Of a DNA stretch of 64,000 nt, positions 10,100 through 21,715 are shown one piece after another; the stretch's first letter is position 1, and every line of letters begins with the position of its first letter. The notes under the pieces are model-generated. The model searched no databases. It saw only the letters and a program-made list of their open reading frames with translations, and was not told the origin of the DNA. The position numbers and the translations under genes are program-made. This DNA is from a bacterium (GTDB taxonomy: Bacteria > UBA8248): NCBI GenBank assembly GCA_965200245.1, contig CBDATS010000004.1, positions 1,312,001 to 1,376,000 of the forward strand. Direction: 5' to 3'.

Positions 10100-10558
10100 A
10101 TGTCTCAGGCGAGTTGGACAGTCTACCTCTCGGGAGAAGTGCACACGGACTGGCGCGAGCGGATCACCGAGGGTACCGAGAAAGCGGGCCTGCCGGTTAC
10201 CTTTCTTGCCCCCGTCACAGATCACGGTGCGAGCGATGATTGCGGCGTGTCCATCTTGGGGGATGAGGAAAAATCCTTCTGGAAAGACCGTAAGGGCGCG
10301 GGCGTGAACGCCATCAGAACGCGCACGTTGATTGAAAAGGCGGACGTGGTGGTCGTGCGCTTTGGCGATAAATACAAACAGTGGAACGCTGCATTCGATG
10401 CGGGTTACGCAGCGGCCCTGGGGAAGGCCATCATTACACTGCACGACCCGGGTCACACCCATGCACTCAAGGAAGTCGATGCCGCCGCCATGGCCGTGGC
10501 TGAGGAACCCGATCAGGTGGTGCGGATTCTCAACTACGCCATCAATGGAACTTTATAG
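10100..10558 (+). CDS. YtoQ family protein
   Basis: VYLSGEVHTDWRE, RFGDKYKQWNAAFDAG, HALKEVD. Confidence 0.9.
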   Translation: MSQASWTVYLSGEVHTDWRERITEGTEKAGLPVTFLAPVTDHGASDDCGVSILGDEEKSFWKDRKGAGVNAIRTRTLIEKADVVVVRFGDKYKQWNAAFDAGYAAALGKAIITLHDPGHTHALKEVDAAAMAVAEEPDQVVRILNYAINGTL

Positions 10559-10762
10559 AAGGGTCATTTGCAGCAACATATGATTTTCCCTGTTCCCCGG
10601 CGTACCTGTATTTCCATGCAGGAATTTGTTTTGGTGATTGATCGCCTAGCAATGCATGCCGACCATATTGCCGGGGAAACAAAAGAAGAATCCATGCAGG
10701 AATATCCATTTCGGGTATTCCTGCAAAAGGTGACTCTTCGATATGATTCCCCTCGAATTCCC

Positions 10763-11770
10763 TCACCTCCCTCGCGAGAGAACCTCGTAGACTTCCGGGT
10801 TCACAAGAGTGGACGGCCGCTCGCCCCGAAAATAGGCGAGGACGCATTCGGTCGAATGGCGGAGCGTATTGCGGATCGCGTCCTCCCCCCGGCCGCCGAG
10901 ATGGGGAGCGAGTACGGCGTTATCGAGCGTGAAGATGGGATGATCGTAATCGGGTGGTTCTTCAGGGAACACGTCGATGCCCGCACCCCGTATGACGCCG
11001 TTTTGCAAGGCCTCGGCCACGGCGTCAAGGTCGAATACGGGCCCGCGCGAGGTGTTGAAGACGTAGGCGTCAGGCTTCATGAGGCGTAAGGTCTCGCGGT
11101 TGATGATGTGCGTCGTCTCTGGTGTTAAGGGTACGTGACATGTCAGGTAGTCCGATTCCCTCGCCAACTCTTCCAGGCTTACGAAACGCACGCCGAGTCC
11201 GGCGGCCGTTTCCTCATCACGCACGATATCGTGGGCGATCACGTTCATGTCGAAGGCGACGGCCCTTTTTGCCACCTGTCTGCCGATGTTGCCGAAACCC
11301 AGTATTCCCATCGTCATTCCGTTCAAAGGGCGCATGGGCGGCTGAATCTCCCGCCAAAGGCCTTTTCTGATGTTCATGTCCAGCCAGCCGATGCGCCGGA
11401 CGGCACAGAGCAGGAGGCCGAACAGGTGCTCGGCCACGGACTGTGAGTTCTGTCCCGCCGCGTTCGTGACGAGTATGCCCCGCTCGGTGGCCGCAGCGAC
11501 GTCCACGTTGTTCACGCCCACGCCGGCTCGCGCGATGATTTTCACATCGGGTGTATTGTCCATGACGTTGGCTGTATAGGGCTCCGCTCCTGCGATGACG
11601 GCGGTGACGCCCGGCAGCGCTGCGATCACGTCTTCTTCGGGCATGTAGCCCTGGCATTCGTCGAGGCGGACCTTGAGCCCTTCCTCCACCAGTGACTGGA
11701 ACATCTCCATGGGGTCATCGAAGTTTAGTATGAATGGGGTTCCCACCCAGACCACGGGTTTATCGCTCAT
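10763..11770 (-). CDS. D-isomer 2-hydroxyacid (phosphoglycerate-type) dehydrogenase
   Basis: RAGVG, GFGNIG, NTSRG, DVFPEEP, PHLGG. Confidence 0.9.
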   Translation of the reverse strand: MSDKPVVWVGTPFILNFDDPMEMFQSLVEEGLKVRLDECQGYMPEEDVIAALPGVTAVIAGAEPYTANVMDNTPDVKIIARAGVGVNNVDVAAATERGILVTNAAGQNSQSVAEHLFGLLLCAVRRIGWLDMNIRKGLWREIQPPMRPLNGMTMGILGFGNIGRQVAKRAVAFDMNVIAHDIVRDEETAAGLGVRFVSLEELARESDYLTCHVPLTPETTHIINRETLRLMKPDAYVFNTSRGPVFDLDAVAEALQNGVIRGAGIDVFPEEPPDYDHPIFTLDNAVLAPHLGGRGEDAIRNTLRHSTECVLAYFRGERPSTLVNPEVYEVLSRGR

Positions 11771-11828
11771 TCGTATTGGTCTCCATTTCATTCCCGTTTT
11801 TTCTCGGCGATGTACGAAACTCAGCGCC

Positions 11829-12596
11829 TTATCTGCCCCGCCAAACGGGTTTTCTCTTCTCGCGGAAGGCAAGGATGCCTTCCCTGGAATCCTCCGTGTG
11901 CAGGATGCGGTTCGCCACGTCGCGTGACATGTAGACCCTGTCGCGATAGCCCAGGTCCTCGCCCCGGCGCGCCGCTTCCTTGATGGCGCACACCGCCATC
12001 GGAGCGGCTTCGAGAATCTCTTGCGCGTAGCGTTCCGCCGTCGGGAGAAGTTCCTCGTGTGATACCACCTCGGTGGCAATGCCAAGACGGAGGCACTCCT
12101 CGGCAGGGATGAACTTGCCGCGCATGAGGTAGCTCATCGCCTGCGTCCAGGGAATCGAATGCGCGCACATGGACGGGCCGCTCACCGAAGATATTCCCCT
12201 TAGCGCCTGCGGCCAGCCCATGGAAGCGCGCTCGGAAAAAATGAGAATGTCCGAGTTCAGTGCAAAGCCCGCTCCCTGGGCGAGGCAGGGACCGTTGATG
12301 GCGCAGATGACCGGCTTGTAGAGATAGCGCAGGTAGAGGTAGAGTCCGTCGTTCGACATCACCTCTGCGTCGCCTTCCGGCATCTTTTCCACGATGTCCT
12401 TGCCCGAGCAGAACACGTCACCCGCCGCCGTTATGATGGCTACCCAGATGTCGGGATTGTGCTTGATGTCCACATAGGCGTCCTGCACCTCCTTGCGCAT
12501 GGCATAGTTGATGGCGTTTTTCTTTTCCGGCCGGTTCAGGGTGAGATACGCGACGTGGTTTTTCACTTCATACGTGGTTGCTTCGCGGTTCGCCAT
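11829..12596 (-). CDS. enoyl-CoA hydratase/isomerase family protein
   Basis: LNRPEKKNA, KPVICAING, EGILAFREKRKPVW. Confidence 0.9.
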   Translation of the reverse strand: MANREATTYEVKNHVAYLTLNRPEKKNAINYAMRKEVQDAYVDIKHNPDIWVAIITAAGDVFCSGKDIVEKMPEGDAEVMSNDGLYLYLRYLYKPVICAINGPCLAQGAGFALNSDILIFSERASMGWPQALRGISSVSGPSMCAHSIPWTQAMSYLMRGKFIPAEECLRLGIATEVVSHEELLPTAERYAQEILEAAPMAVCAIKEAARRGEDLGYRDRVYMSRDVANRILHTEDSREGILAFREKRKPVWRGR

Positions 12597-12790
12597 GGAC
12601 GGGATTCCTTTTTCTGGTGGATACGGGAGCGACGCTTTCCGCTCCTGGAATTCTAATGAGATAGGGGGACATTGTACCCAAAACCACCCGTATGCGCGCT
12701 CCTCGCACGGAAATTTCCTTCACCGGAGACTTGTGAGAAACTCAACTCCATCGCTCAAAGCAAATCTACCGAACCGATAGGAGAAGCCAC

Positions 12791-14440
12791 ATGCGCGTCG
12801 TCGACGTCATCGCAGAAATCCTCAAGTGCGAAGGGGTGAACCACCTGAACTGCTATCCCACGACTGTCCTGATCGAGGCGGCCGCCCGGACAGGGATACG
12901 ACCCATCGTTTGCCGCCAGGAACGCGTGGGTATCGGCATCGCCGATGGTTTCGCCCGCGTCACAAACGGGGCGTCGCCTTCGGTTTTCGCCATGCAGTAC
13001 GGACCGGGGGCGGAAAACGCCTTTCCGGGCATCTCGACCGCATATTCGGATTCCACGCCCATGTTGCTGATTCCCCTGGGGCATGTCAGGTTGCGCGACC
13101 GCGTGTTCCCCATGTTCAGTTCGGTCGACTCCTACGCCTCGGTGACAAAATCGGCCGAGCAGATAAACACGCCCGAGCGAACACTTGACGCCATGCGCCG
13201 CGCATTTCACGCACTCAGGAACGGGCGCCCCGGTCCCGTTCTCGTGGAGTTGCCCGCTGACGTGGCGGGAATGGAGGTCAGCGAAGAAATGCTCGAACGC
13301 TATACGCCCGTGAAGCGCGCACGCTCCCAGGCGGATCCACAGGATATAGAGAGCGCTGCAGATGCGCTGCTGGCGGCAGAGCGCCCGGCGATCATAGCGG
13401 GCGCGGGTGTGCTCTACGCCGAGGCGACGGATGAGTTGGATGAACTTGTGGAACTTCTCCAGATTCCCGTCATGACCACCATGGAGGGCAAGAGCGCGAT
13501 CTCCGAACTCAATCATCCCCTGGCGCTCGGCGTCGCCTCGAGCGTCATGAGCGGTCCCGCCTATCATTTCCTGAAAGATTCAGACCTCGTGTTCGCCGTC
13601 GGATCGAGTCTCACCGACCATGGGCTCGCCACGCCCGTTCCCGGCGGAAAAACCATAATCCACGCGACGAACGACCCCGTTGACCTGAACAAGAGTCATC
13701 ACGCTGCCCACCCCGTGCTCGGGGACGCGAAACTCGTACTGCGGCAGTTCATCGACTGCTGCGCCGAGCGGGTGAAGGGAATGGAAAGGGGAAAGGGAGT
13801 GAAGGCGCAGGTGGCGCAGATGCGGAAGGTCTGGCTCGATGAGTGGGGGCCAAAGCTCACATCTGAAGAGGCGCCTATCAACCCCTACCGCGTCATTTGG
13901 GAATTGATGCAGAATGTGCCGCCCGCGGAGGCCATCGTGACCCACGATTCGGGGAACCCACGATACGAGACGCTGCCCCTGTACCAATGCGACGGACCGA
14001 GGTCTTATCTCGGCTGGGGGAAATCCCACCAACTCGGCACGGGGCTCGGTCTCGCCATGGGCGCCAGGCTCGCCGCGCCCGATAAATTCTGCGTAAACTT
14101 CATGGGTGATGCGGCCTTCGGCATGACGGGTCTCGATTTCGAGACCGCCGTTCGCGAGAACCTGCCCATCTGCACGGTGGTGCTCAAGAACTCCACCATG
14201 GCGGTGGAGACCAGACACATGACGATTTCGCATGAAAAATACGGTACGCGCGACGTGGGCGGCGAGTATGCCGACATCGCGAGGGCGCTGGGTGGCTGGG
14301 CGAAGCGTGTGGAAGACCCGGCGGAAGTCGGCACGGCGTTCTTGGAAGCGAGGCGAAAGACCGAAGAAGGAACGCCTGCTCTGCTCGAGTTCATCACGAG
14401 CGAAGAATTGGCCTACTCCCACGCCCATCCGTTCAACTGA
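12791..14440 (+). CDS. ThDP-dependent enzyme (acetolactate synthase-like)
   Basis: RQERVG...ADGFAR, GRPGPV, GDAAFGM...N motif. Confidence 0.9.
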   Translation: MRVVDVIAEILKCEGVNHLNCYPTTVLIEAAARTGIRPIVCRQERVGIGIADGFARVTNGASPSVFAMQYGPGAENAFPGISTAYSDSTPMLLIPLGHVRLRDRVFPMFSSVDSYASVTKSAEQINTPERTLDAMRRAFHALRNGRPGPVLVELPADVAGMEVSEEMLERYTPVKRARSQADPQDIESAADALLAAERPAIIAGAGVLYAEATDELDELVELLQIPVMTTMEGKSAISELNHPLALGVASSVMSGPAYHFLKDSDLVFAVGSSLTDHGLATPVPGGKTIIHATNDPVDLNKSHHAAHPVLGDAKLVLRQFIDCCAERVKGMERGKGVKAQVAQMRKVWLDEWGPKLTSEEAPINPYRVIWELMQNVPPAEAIVTHDSGNPRYETLPLYQCDGPRSYLGWGKSHQLGTGLGLAMGARLAAPDKFCVNFMGDAAFGMTGLDFETAVRENLPICTVVLKNSTMAVETRHMTISHEKYGTRDVGGEYADIARALGGWAKRVEDPAEVGTAFLEARRKTEEGTPALLEFITSEELAYSHAHPFN

Positions 14441-14452
14441 TGGCGACGCGGA

Positions 14453-15442
14453 CTAGACCTCGACGACGATCTTGCCCATCTGCGCGTTCGACTCCATGAA
14501 TTTGTGCGCTTCCACCATGTCGTCGAGCGGAAATGTCCTGGCGATGAGGGGCTTCAGCGCGCCCGATTCTAGGCCGTCATAGATAAACTTCTTCCCTTTC
14601 TCCCTTTTTTCCGGGAACTTCGTGATCTCCATGATCGTATAGCACCGGAAGGTCAGTCCTTTCCTGAGAGACGGAAACAGGGGGATTACCGCAGGCTCGG
14701 GCGAGAGACGGCCGTACAGGAAGATCGAACCCTGATAGGCGGCCGCATCGGCGAGTTTTTCCAGAGAGGAGCCGACGACGGGGTCGAAGATGACATCGGC
14801 GCCCGCGCCTCCCGTGATTTCCTTGACCGACTGCGCCAGGTCCTCCTCTTCGGTGACGACAACGTGGTCGGCGCCCGCGTTCAGGATGAAATCCTTCTTG
14901 CCCGATCCGCGCGTCGTGGCGATCACCCGTGCACCCACTGATTTCGCAATCTGGGTTGCCGCGACCCCGACGCTGCTGCTTGCCGCTGTGAGCAGTACGG
15001 TGTCCCCTTCCTTCACCCGCCCGAATTCAATGAGCGCGCCGTATGCAGTGAAATACTGCATCCATATGGCCGCACCCTCGGCGGGCGTCAGGTTGTCGGG
15101 ATAGCGGGCGGCTGCGAACGCAGGCACGACCGCCTGCTCGCCGTCCACTCCGTGTTCCACCATCGAGAAACAGGGAATCGTGCTCACCCGATCCCCTATG
15201 GACAGACCCTCCACGCCAGGGCCCAGGGCGTCTATCGCTCCGCAGGCCTCGTAGCCTATTCGGCAGGGGAACACGGGTTTGTCGTGGTAGTGTCCCTCTC
15301 GGAAGAGAACCTCCGCCCGGTTGAGTCCCATAGCCTCTACGGCGATGCGCACCTCACCCTCGCCCGGTTCCAGATCCGGAACCTCGGCCACGTGCAGCAC
15401 GTCCACGCCACCTAATTCGTCGAACAAAACGGCTTTCGGCAT
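14453..15442 (-). CDS. MDR-family NADPH:quinone oxidoreductase
   Basis: GLNRAE, AASSSVG, GKIVV. Confidence 0.9.
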   Translation of the reverse strand: MPKAVLFDELGGVDVLHVAEVPDLEPGEGEVRIAVEAMGLNRAEVLFREGHYHDKPVFPCRIGYEACGAIDALGPGVEGLSIGDRVSTIPCFSMVEHGVDGEQAVVPAFAAARYPDNLTPAEGAAIWMQYFTAYGALIEFGRVKEGDTVLLTAASSSVGVAATQIAKSVGARVIATTRGSGKKDFILNAGADHVVVTEEEDLAQSVKEITGGAGADVIFDPVVGSSLEKLADAAAYQGSIFLYGRLSPEPAVIPLFPSLRKGLTFRCYTIMEITKFPEKREKGKKFIYDGLESGALKPLIARTFPLDDMVEAHKFMESNAQMGKIVVEV

Positions 15443-15522
15443 GTCTTCTATCTCCTCTGGTCTCGTTTGCAGGTGCGATCCCGATGGCCCGTTCCCGTGC
15501 CCGCCCGTTCGGGTAGACCCGC

Positions 15523-16512
15523 TTACACCTCGACGACGATCTTGCCCATCTGCTCGTTCGATTCCATGTATTTGTACGCCCCCACGATGTCGTCTAGCGG
15601 GAACGTCCTGGCGATGATGGGCCTGAACGCGCCCGATTCGAGGCCGTCAAAAATGAATTTTCTCGCCTGTTCTCTCAGGTTTTCGTCTCTGGATATTTCC
15701 ATGATTGTATAACCCCTGAAGGTAAGTCCTTTCCTGATAGCCGGGTACAGGGGCAAAACCGGAGGATCGGGCGATAGGTGGCCGTAGGAGAAAATCGTGC
15801 CGTGGTAGGCGGCCGCTTCTGCGAGAACCGGAAGATATGACCCGACGACGGGATCGAAAATGACATCGGCACCCGTGCCTCCCGTGATGTCCATCACAGA
15901 TGCCGCCAAATCCTCCTCATCCGTCACGACGACGCGCTCTGCCCCGATGTTCAGGAGAAAATCCTTCTTCCCCGCTCCGCGCGTCGTGGCAATGGGCCGC
16001 GCGCCCAGGGATTTCACAATCTAGATCGCCGCGATCCCGACGCTGCTGCTCGCTGCGGTGATGAGGACGTTGTCTCCCTTCTTCACCCGCCCGTATTCGA
16101 CGATTGCGCCATATGCCGTCATGTACGCCATCCAGATGGCGGCGCCCTTTACGGACGTGAGGTTGTCGGGATAGCGGGCGGCTGCGAACGCAGGCACGAC
16201 AGCCTGCTCGCCGCACACCCCGTGTTCTATCATCGAAAAACACGGAATCGTGCTCACGCGATCCCCTACGGACAGACCCTCCACGCCAGGCCCGACTGCG
16301 TCTATCACTCCGCAGGTCTCGTAACCGATTCGGGACGGGAACACGGGCATTACGTGGTAGACGCCCTCGCGGAACATGATCTCCGCCCGGTTGAGCCCGA
16401 GCGCCTCCACCTTGATGCGAACCTCGCCCTTGCCCTCCTCGAGATCGGGAACCTCGGCGACGCGGAGCACATCCGCACCGCCTGATTCATCAAACAAAAC
16501 GGCCTTCGGCAT
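15523..16512 (-). pseudogene. tandem paralog of the MDR quinone oxidoreductase with an in-frame TAG
   Basis: two same-frame ORFs joined at TAG 16021-16023, where the neighbouring paralog has CAG (Gln). Confidence 0.85.
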
Positions 16513-16536
16513 ACCTTCATCCTCCCAGGGTTTCGT

Positions 16537-17364
16537 TTACAGGGCCGGGCCGATGGGCCATTCGAGGACCGTCACCCCCAGAAACCACAGGGGCTCGATC
16601 CGGTAGGTCCACAGATTTGCCCCGGTGTCTCCGGCAAGGGCCGCGGCGGATATCCATGTCGTGATCTCGTTGCCGCCGTTTCCGCCCGCATCTATTTTGG
16701 CCTGCGGCCACGCGGCGAGATCCTTCGCGGCCGCACCACACAGCAAATCGATCACCTCGCGATCCCACATCTCGTCGATATCGCCCTGCTCGGGAGTTCC
16801 AATCCAGTGCGAGGGCGCGCCCGTCGCCAATATGGCCATACGCTCGAGGCCTGCATAATCCTCGAGTAATCGCCTGAGCGAGAGGCCAAGATCGTATGCC
16901 CTCGCGGCAGGCGGCAGGGGCGGAGCCACGGTGTTTTGAAGAACAGGAACGATGGGAAGCCCCGTATCGCCCATAAGCGCCATAGGCGATACGAAGGAAT
17001 GATCCAGCGCCAGTTCGCGGCACAGAAGAGGATCGAAGCCAGCCGCCAGAAGCCCCCGTGCGAGATGGGAGGCCAGCGCTTCCGCACCCTCGTATACGTC
17101 GCTCGGCAAGAAGGGTTCCGTCTCGACAGGGCCGAACCTGGCCCCCACGCCTATCGCCAGGGCAGGGTATCTGTCCATGGAGAAGGCGTGCAGATGGTCG
17201 TTCCCCAGCAGGACCATTGCCTGGGCGCCCCGCGCTACGATCTCCCGGGCCATTCTGCGGTAGGAGGAGAAGACCTCTTCTCGCACGTCTTCGGCGGGCG
17301 CGTCATGTCTCAGCAGGAAAAGAGGCGTATGGCTCGCCGCGAAGGCTCCGGTGATCTTCGCCAT
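16537..17364 (-). CDS. LigB-type extradiol ring-cleavage dioxygenase, catalytic subunit
   Basis: SHTP, NDH, LDHSF, SHW, GGNEI motifs. Confidence 0.85.
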   Translation of the reverse strand: MAKITGAFAASHTPLFLLRHDAPAEDVREEVFSSYRRMAREIVARGAQAMVLLGNDHLHAFSMDRYPALAIGVGARFGPVETEPFLPSDVYEGAEALASHLARGLLAAGFDPLLCRELALDHSFVSPMALMGDTGLPIVPVLQNTVAPPLPPAARAYDLGLSLRRLLEDYAGLERMAILATGAPSHWIGTPEQGDIDEMWDREVIDLLCGAAAKDLAAWPQAKIDAGGNGGNEITTWISAAALAGDTGANLWTYRIEPLWFLGVTVLEWPIGPAL

Positions 17365-17365
17365 C

Positions 17366-17644
17366 CTAAATCTCCCCCTCGTCTGGACGCGGATAGGAAA
17401 AACCCGCCAGCGCCGCCCTGAAATCCTCGTCCGTTATCCCCGCGCGCATCTGCAGCACGCGCAGCAGGTAGGGGTTCGCGCCAAACGACCAGAGTGCCCG
17501 CACGTCGGAATCGCGGACCGCCGATAACTCCGCGTCGGTGACGTCATACCCGCGCGCGAATTCGTGCGGATCGCGCAGGAACGCCTCACGCCTGGCGAGC
17601 GGTTGAATATCGTGGATCAATCGATTCAATGATAATTTCGACAT
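17366..17644 (-). CDS. LigA-type dioxygenase small subunit
   Basis: 92 aa, F..DP...Y...D..L...GANPYLL; abuts the LigB-like gene. Confidence 0.75.
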   Translation of the reverse strand: MSKLSLNRLIHDIQPLARREAFLRDPHEFARGYDVTDAELSAVRDSDVRALWSFGANPYLLRVLQMRAGITDEDFRAALAGFSYPRPDEGEI

Positions 17645-17855
17645 GGAGGAAGCCTACAGGAGAAACCCGTGAAAATAAATCATCCAAACGGTCTGAGACG
17701 TCACTTGCAGATGAGGGTCAGCCGGGGCAACTACGTACTGATCGATTCGTCTCCGGCGTGGTTATGGTCCTACCGTCTTGTCGGACAGGGAGCGCATCAT
17801 GGGATGCATGCCAGACCCGACTCTTCCGCCGGGGCGCGGAAAACCGGGCAAGGAA

Positions 17856-18641
17856 ATGATGCCCGAAAAAGCGAGGGGCTTCAAACTTTTGGGACACTGC
17901 GATTTCGGCGGCCGCAACAAGGGCGACGTCATTCAGCTTCCCGTGAAGGATGGTTTCATTCCCTGCGGCCACATGGGCATGTCGGGCACGGGCGTCATCG
18001 ACGCATCGAACCCCAGAAAACCTAGGGTCATGAACCAGATTCCCGCCCCTCGGAACACGCACAACAACAAGCTCCAGATTGTCGGCGGCATCATGGTCGT
18101 CAACAACGAGCAGTTCGGCGGACGAGGCCCTGAGCCATTAAGGCGGGAATCGACATGTACGACGCTTCGAACCCGCCCGAACTTTGTCCGCTGGGGTATT
18201 TCCACACAGGCGGGCGCGGTGTTCACCGATTATGGTTCGGCGACGGCCGCTACACCTTCCTGACGACCGGGGACGATGAATTTATCGATCAGTTCCTGAA
18301 GATCATCGATTTGAAAGACCCCATACAGCCTAGGGAGGCGGGCTGTTGGGCGATACCGGGGATGCATAACGACGAGGAGCGTGATCGGTACCGGATGGGA
18401 CAGTTCCGCTTTAAGAGAAACCATGAAGATGAATACATCCCGCCTGGCGGAGAAGTGCCCGAAGAGATTGGGAAAAAACGCGTCTGCGTGTACATGTATA
18501 TGGATGTGGACGACATGTCTGCGGCACGTGGTGGGATCCTCGCTTCATCATCCTCGACATCTCGGTCATCATGAACCCCATCCTCATCAGGGGAATTGCT
18601 TTTCAGGAATGACGGACGACCTGTCCATCAATGAAATATGA
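17856..18641 (+). pseudogene. LVIVD-repeat protein remnant
   Basis: GTGVIDASNPRKP, YDASNP, HTGGRGVHRLW across shifted frames; truncated. Confidence 0.65.
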
Positions 18642-19127
18642 GCGAAAGCAAAAGGGACCGAGCGTGACCCTGTGTTTTTCCTGCTGCATTGCCCGCAGAA
18701 GTGATCTCAATCCCTGCGTCTTTGTGCCGGTATCCCGTCGAATACAACACGGGAACATGCCCGCCGGCACCATCGGGCAAACCGCGGGATTCCGGCCTGA
18801 AGCGCATATGACCGAACCCGGGAGAGACGATTGCAGGGCCGCTTCCATGGAATCCTTCGGGGAGATCCAGCTGATTCCGGCCCTTGCCCTTGAGGAGATA
18901 CCGCGGAAAACAGTGGTCCGGGCGCATCTGCGATACAGTTGCATTTTGCATCCGTTCGGATGCCCCCATCCATGGTCCTGTTCAAGAGGTCGTGTCCTTT
19001 GTCGCCGCATGCAGGTTTCCCTCCATTCCCTGTCCGATCCGCTCTTGCCCTTGCCCTGCAGCGGGAAACGCAGTAACATTATTCATCATCAGTTATCAAG
19101 GTTTGACCTGCGGCGTCCTCGGAGAAC

Positions 19128-21715
19128 GTGGCTGCCGCCTGCCCAAAGGGAGGAAAGTTGCAACATGAACGGAATTTGGAATTTCTTCGGCATTTTGAAC
19201 TTGACAAGCCGGGCGGGTGCCAGCAACATCGACGCAGGCCAGTCTTTCCGCCTGAATCCTGTTCTTCCCTTCCCGCCGACGGGCGCTCCGCTTCCCGCGG
19301 TCGCGCACCATCCTTCAGAAGTTACGGCCTCTGCACCCTTGGCATCCTGCTGCTGACCTTCCTGCTCGCCGGCCCGGCCGCCGCGGACAACTAATGCGGC
19401 GACCCGCCCACCACCGGCAACCCCAGAGTCATCACCTGCAGCGATTCCACCTACGACCCGGGTCCCAACGACGACCCCGGCATCGAGTATGAATTCGATG
19501 CCTCCGACGAAAACAACTACACCATCAACGTCTCCGGCACCATTGCTGTCAACACGACAGCCGAGGATGACTACGGCCTTTATGGAATACACAAGGGCGG
19601 CGGCGACCTCACGATCAGGATGACCGGCGGCAGCATTGGGACCACTGGGAACTATGCCTCCGGCATCTTCGGATACATTTTCAGTTCTGGCTCAACCGGC
19701 GATGTCTGGATCGAACTGAAGGACAACGGCTCCATCGAGACGGCAGGACAGCAGGCCCACGGGATCTACGGAAACCACACCGGAGGCTCCGGCGATCTCG
19801 TCATCAGCCTTGCGGACACGAACAGCAACGCCGAGACCACCAGCATCACGACGGAAGGAAATAGCGCCAACGGCATATACGGGCGGTTGACCGGAGCGGG
19901 CTCCATCACCATTGACGTGACCGGCGGCCAGATCAGCACGGGCAAGGAGAACGACGACGGGACCGTAACCGTAATGGCCAGTCACGGCATCTTCGGAGAC
20001 CACGAAGGCGCCAGCGGCCTCACCATCAACCTGACCGGCGGCGACATCGCAACGATAGGGGGGAACTCCTACGGCATCTACGGCAGCCACGCCGGCGAGG
20101 GCGCCCTCTCCATCACCATGTCGGGCGGCAGCATCGACACGGACGGGATCTCCGCCCACGGCCTTCATGGCTACCATGAACACAACACGGCCCTCGCCAT
20201 CACCATGTCCGGGGGCACCATCCAGACCGGCAAGGTGAACACTGACGGAAGCGTTACCGGAAATTCCGCCTACGGCATCCACGGGCGGCACGCCGGGGAA
20301 GACCTCGCCACTTCCAGCCTCACCATAGGCATGACCGGCGGCAGCATCATGACCGGTGGCGGTCACGGCATCGCCGGGGTACACCGCAGCGGCACCATCG
20401 ACGTCACCGTGTCGGGCGGCCGCATCGTGACCACCGGCAGCGGCGCGAACCATATCCATTTCGCCGCTACGGACGCGGCCAGGACCCTGACGCTTCGCAG
20501 GGCCCGGCTGATACGCCCGGCCGACGCCGGCGGCAGTTACGGAAGTCGATCCTCTTCGGGGGCGACGCCGACGACAGACTGACCATTGAAGGGCACATCG
20601 AGCAGACCACGATCCGGGGCGATGTGGCGTTCGGCGGCGGCAGCGACACGCTTGTCTTCAGTACCTGCCGGGAGGCCGATATCAGCGAGAACACTGCCTG
20701 CGAGGAGCAGACAGCCAGCGCGGGCGATCTCACCCTGAGCCATACCACCGGGATGTTTACCGGGCTGGAGAGCATCCGCAAGATCGGCTCGGGCACAGCT
20801 CGGCTGACCGATCTGGGCGCGGCGGGTGCGATGATGTCGCTGGAGGACGGCGACCTGCGCCTGACGGAGGCCGTCCTGGAGGGGTATCCGGTGCGCAGGG
20901 GAAGCGGTCCGGACGGGCGTTCGGTGAGGTTCGGGCTCCGCGGGGGTTCCGGAACCCGCGCCGTCTCCCTCGACATGGACCTGCGTCTCGGGGCGTCGGT
21001 GGCCCCCCTCGCCGAGGCGTTCTCGGATTCCCGGGACGAATCGGCCGAGGTCGAGCTCACGGGCGAGGTCTACGCGGCCGGTCTGGGCTGGCGGGGAGAC
21101 GCGTTTTTCTCCGACGTGGCGCTCGCCCACGGCCGCTCGCGCGTATCATCACGGACGCTGGAGGCCACTGGCCTGTTCAGGGGCTCGTTCGACGTGAAGC
21201 AGACCCATGCCGAAGCGAGGGCAGGTCGGCTGTTCCCCGCCGGAGGCATGCGCATCACCCCGTCGGTGTCGGTGTTCGCCGGTTCCCTGGACCACGGGGG
21301 CCACACGGCGGAGGGCGCGGTGATGAGGGCCGAGATCCCGGGCTACTCGCAGGACTACCGGGGATGTCGGGCCGGGGTGGAGGTCGCGACGGCGGAGTGG
21401 CTGGAACTCTCCCCCGCGCTGCGCTGGCGGCCCGACCTGCAACTGGATCTGGCACACACCACGACGGACGGACCGGAGACGCTGACGGTGCGCAAGGCGG
21501 ACCATGCCGGGGTCATAAGCTTCCCCGAGAAAAAACGGGTGATCGGCGTGCCCCGGGAGGCGTTCCGCCTCGGTCTGGGCGTCACGCTGAAAGGCAGTTC
21601 GGATGCCTGGAGCCTGCGCCTCGGTTACCGGGGAGAATGGACCGGCGGCGAGGACGAATGGGCCGGCCGTGAGGACGAACATTCCGTGCAGGCGGGCTTC
21701 TCGATACGGTTCTAG
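19128..21715 (+). pseudogene. autotransporter/adhesin-like protein, copy 1
   Basis: signal-like LLLTFLLAGPAAA; TAA 19392-19394 (GAA in paralog); MTGGSIxTxG..HGIYG repeats; frameshift ~20545; barrel-like end GFSIRF. Confidence 0.75.

Noticed and set aside
19620-20450. CRISPR array or VNTR
   Set aside because: Repeats are degenerate codon-level repeats of an autotransporter passenger; no constant repeat-spacer pattern here or elsewhere in the window.
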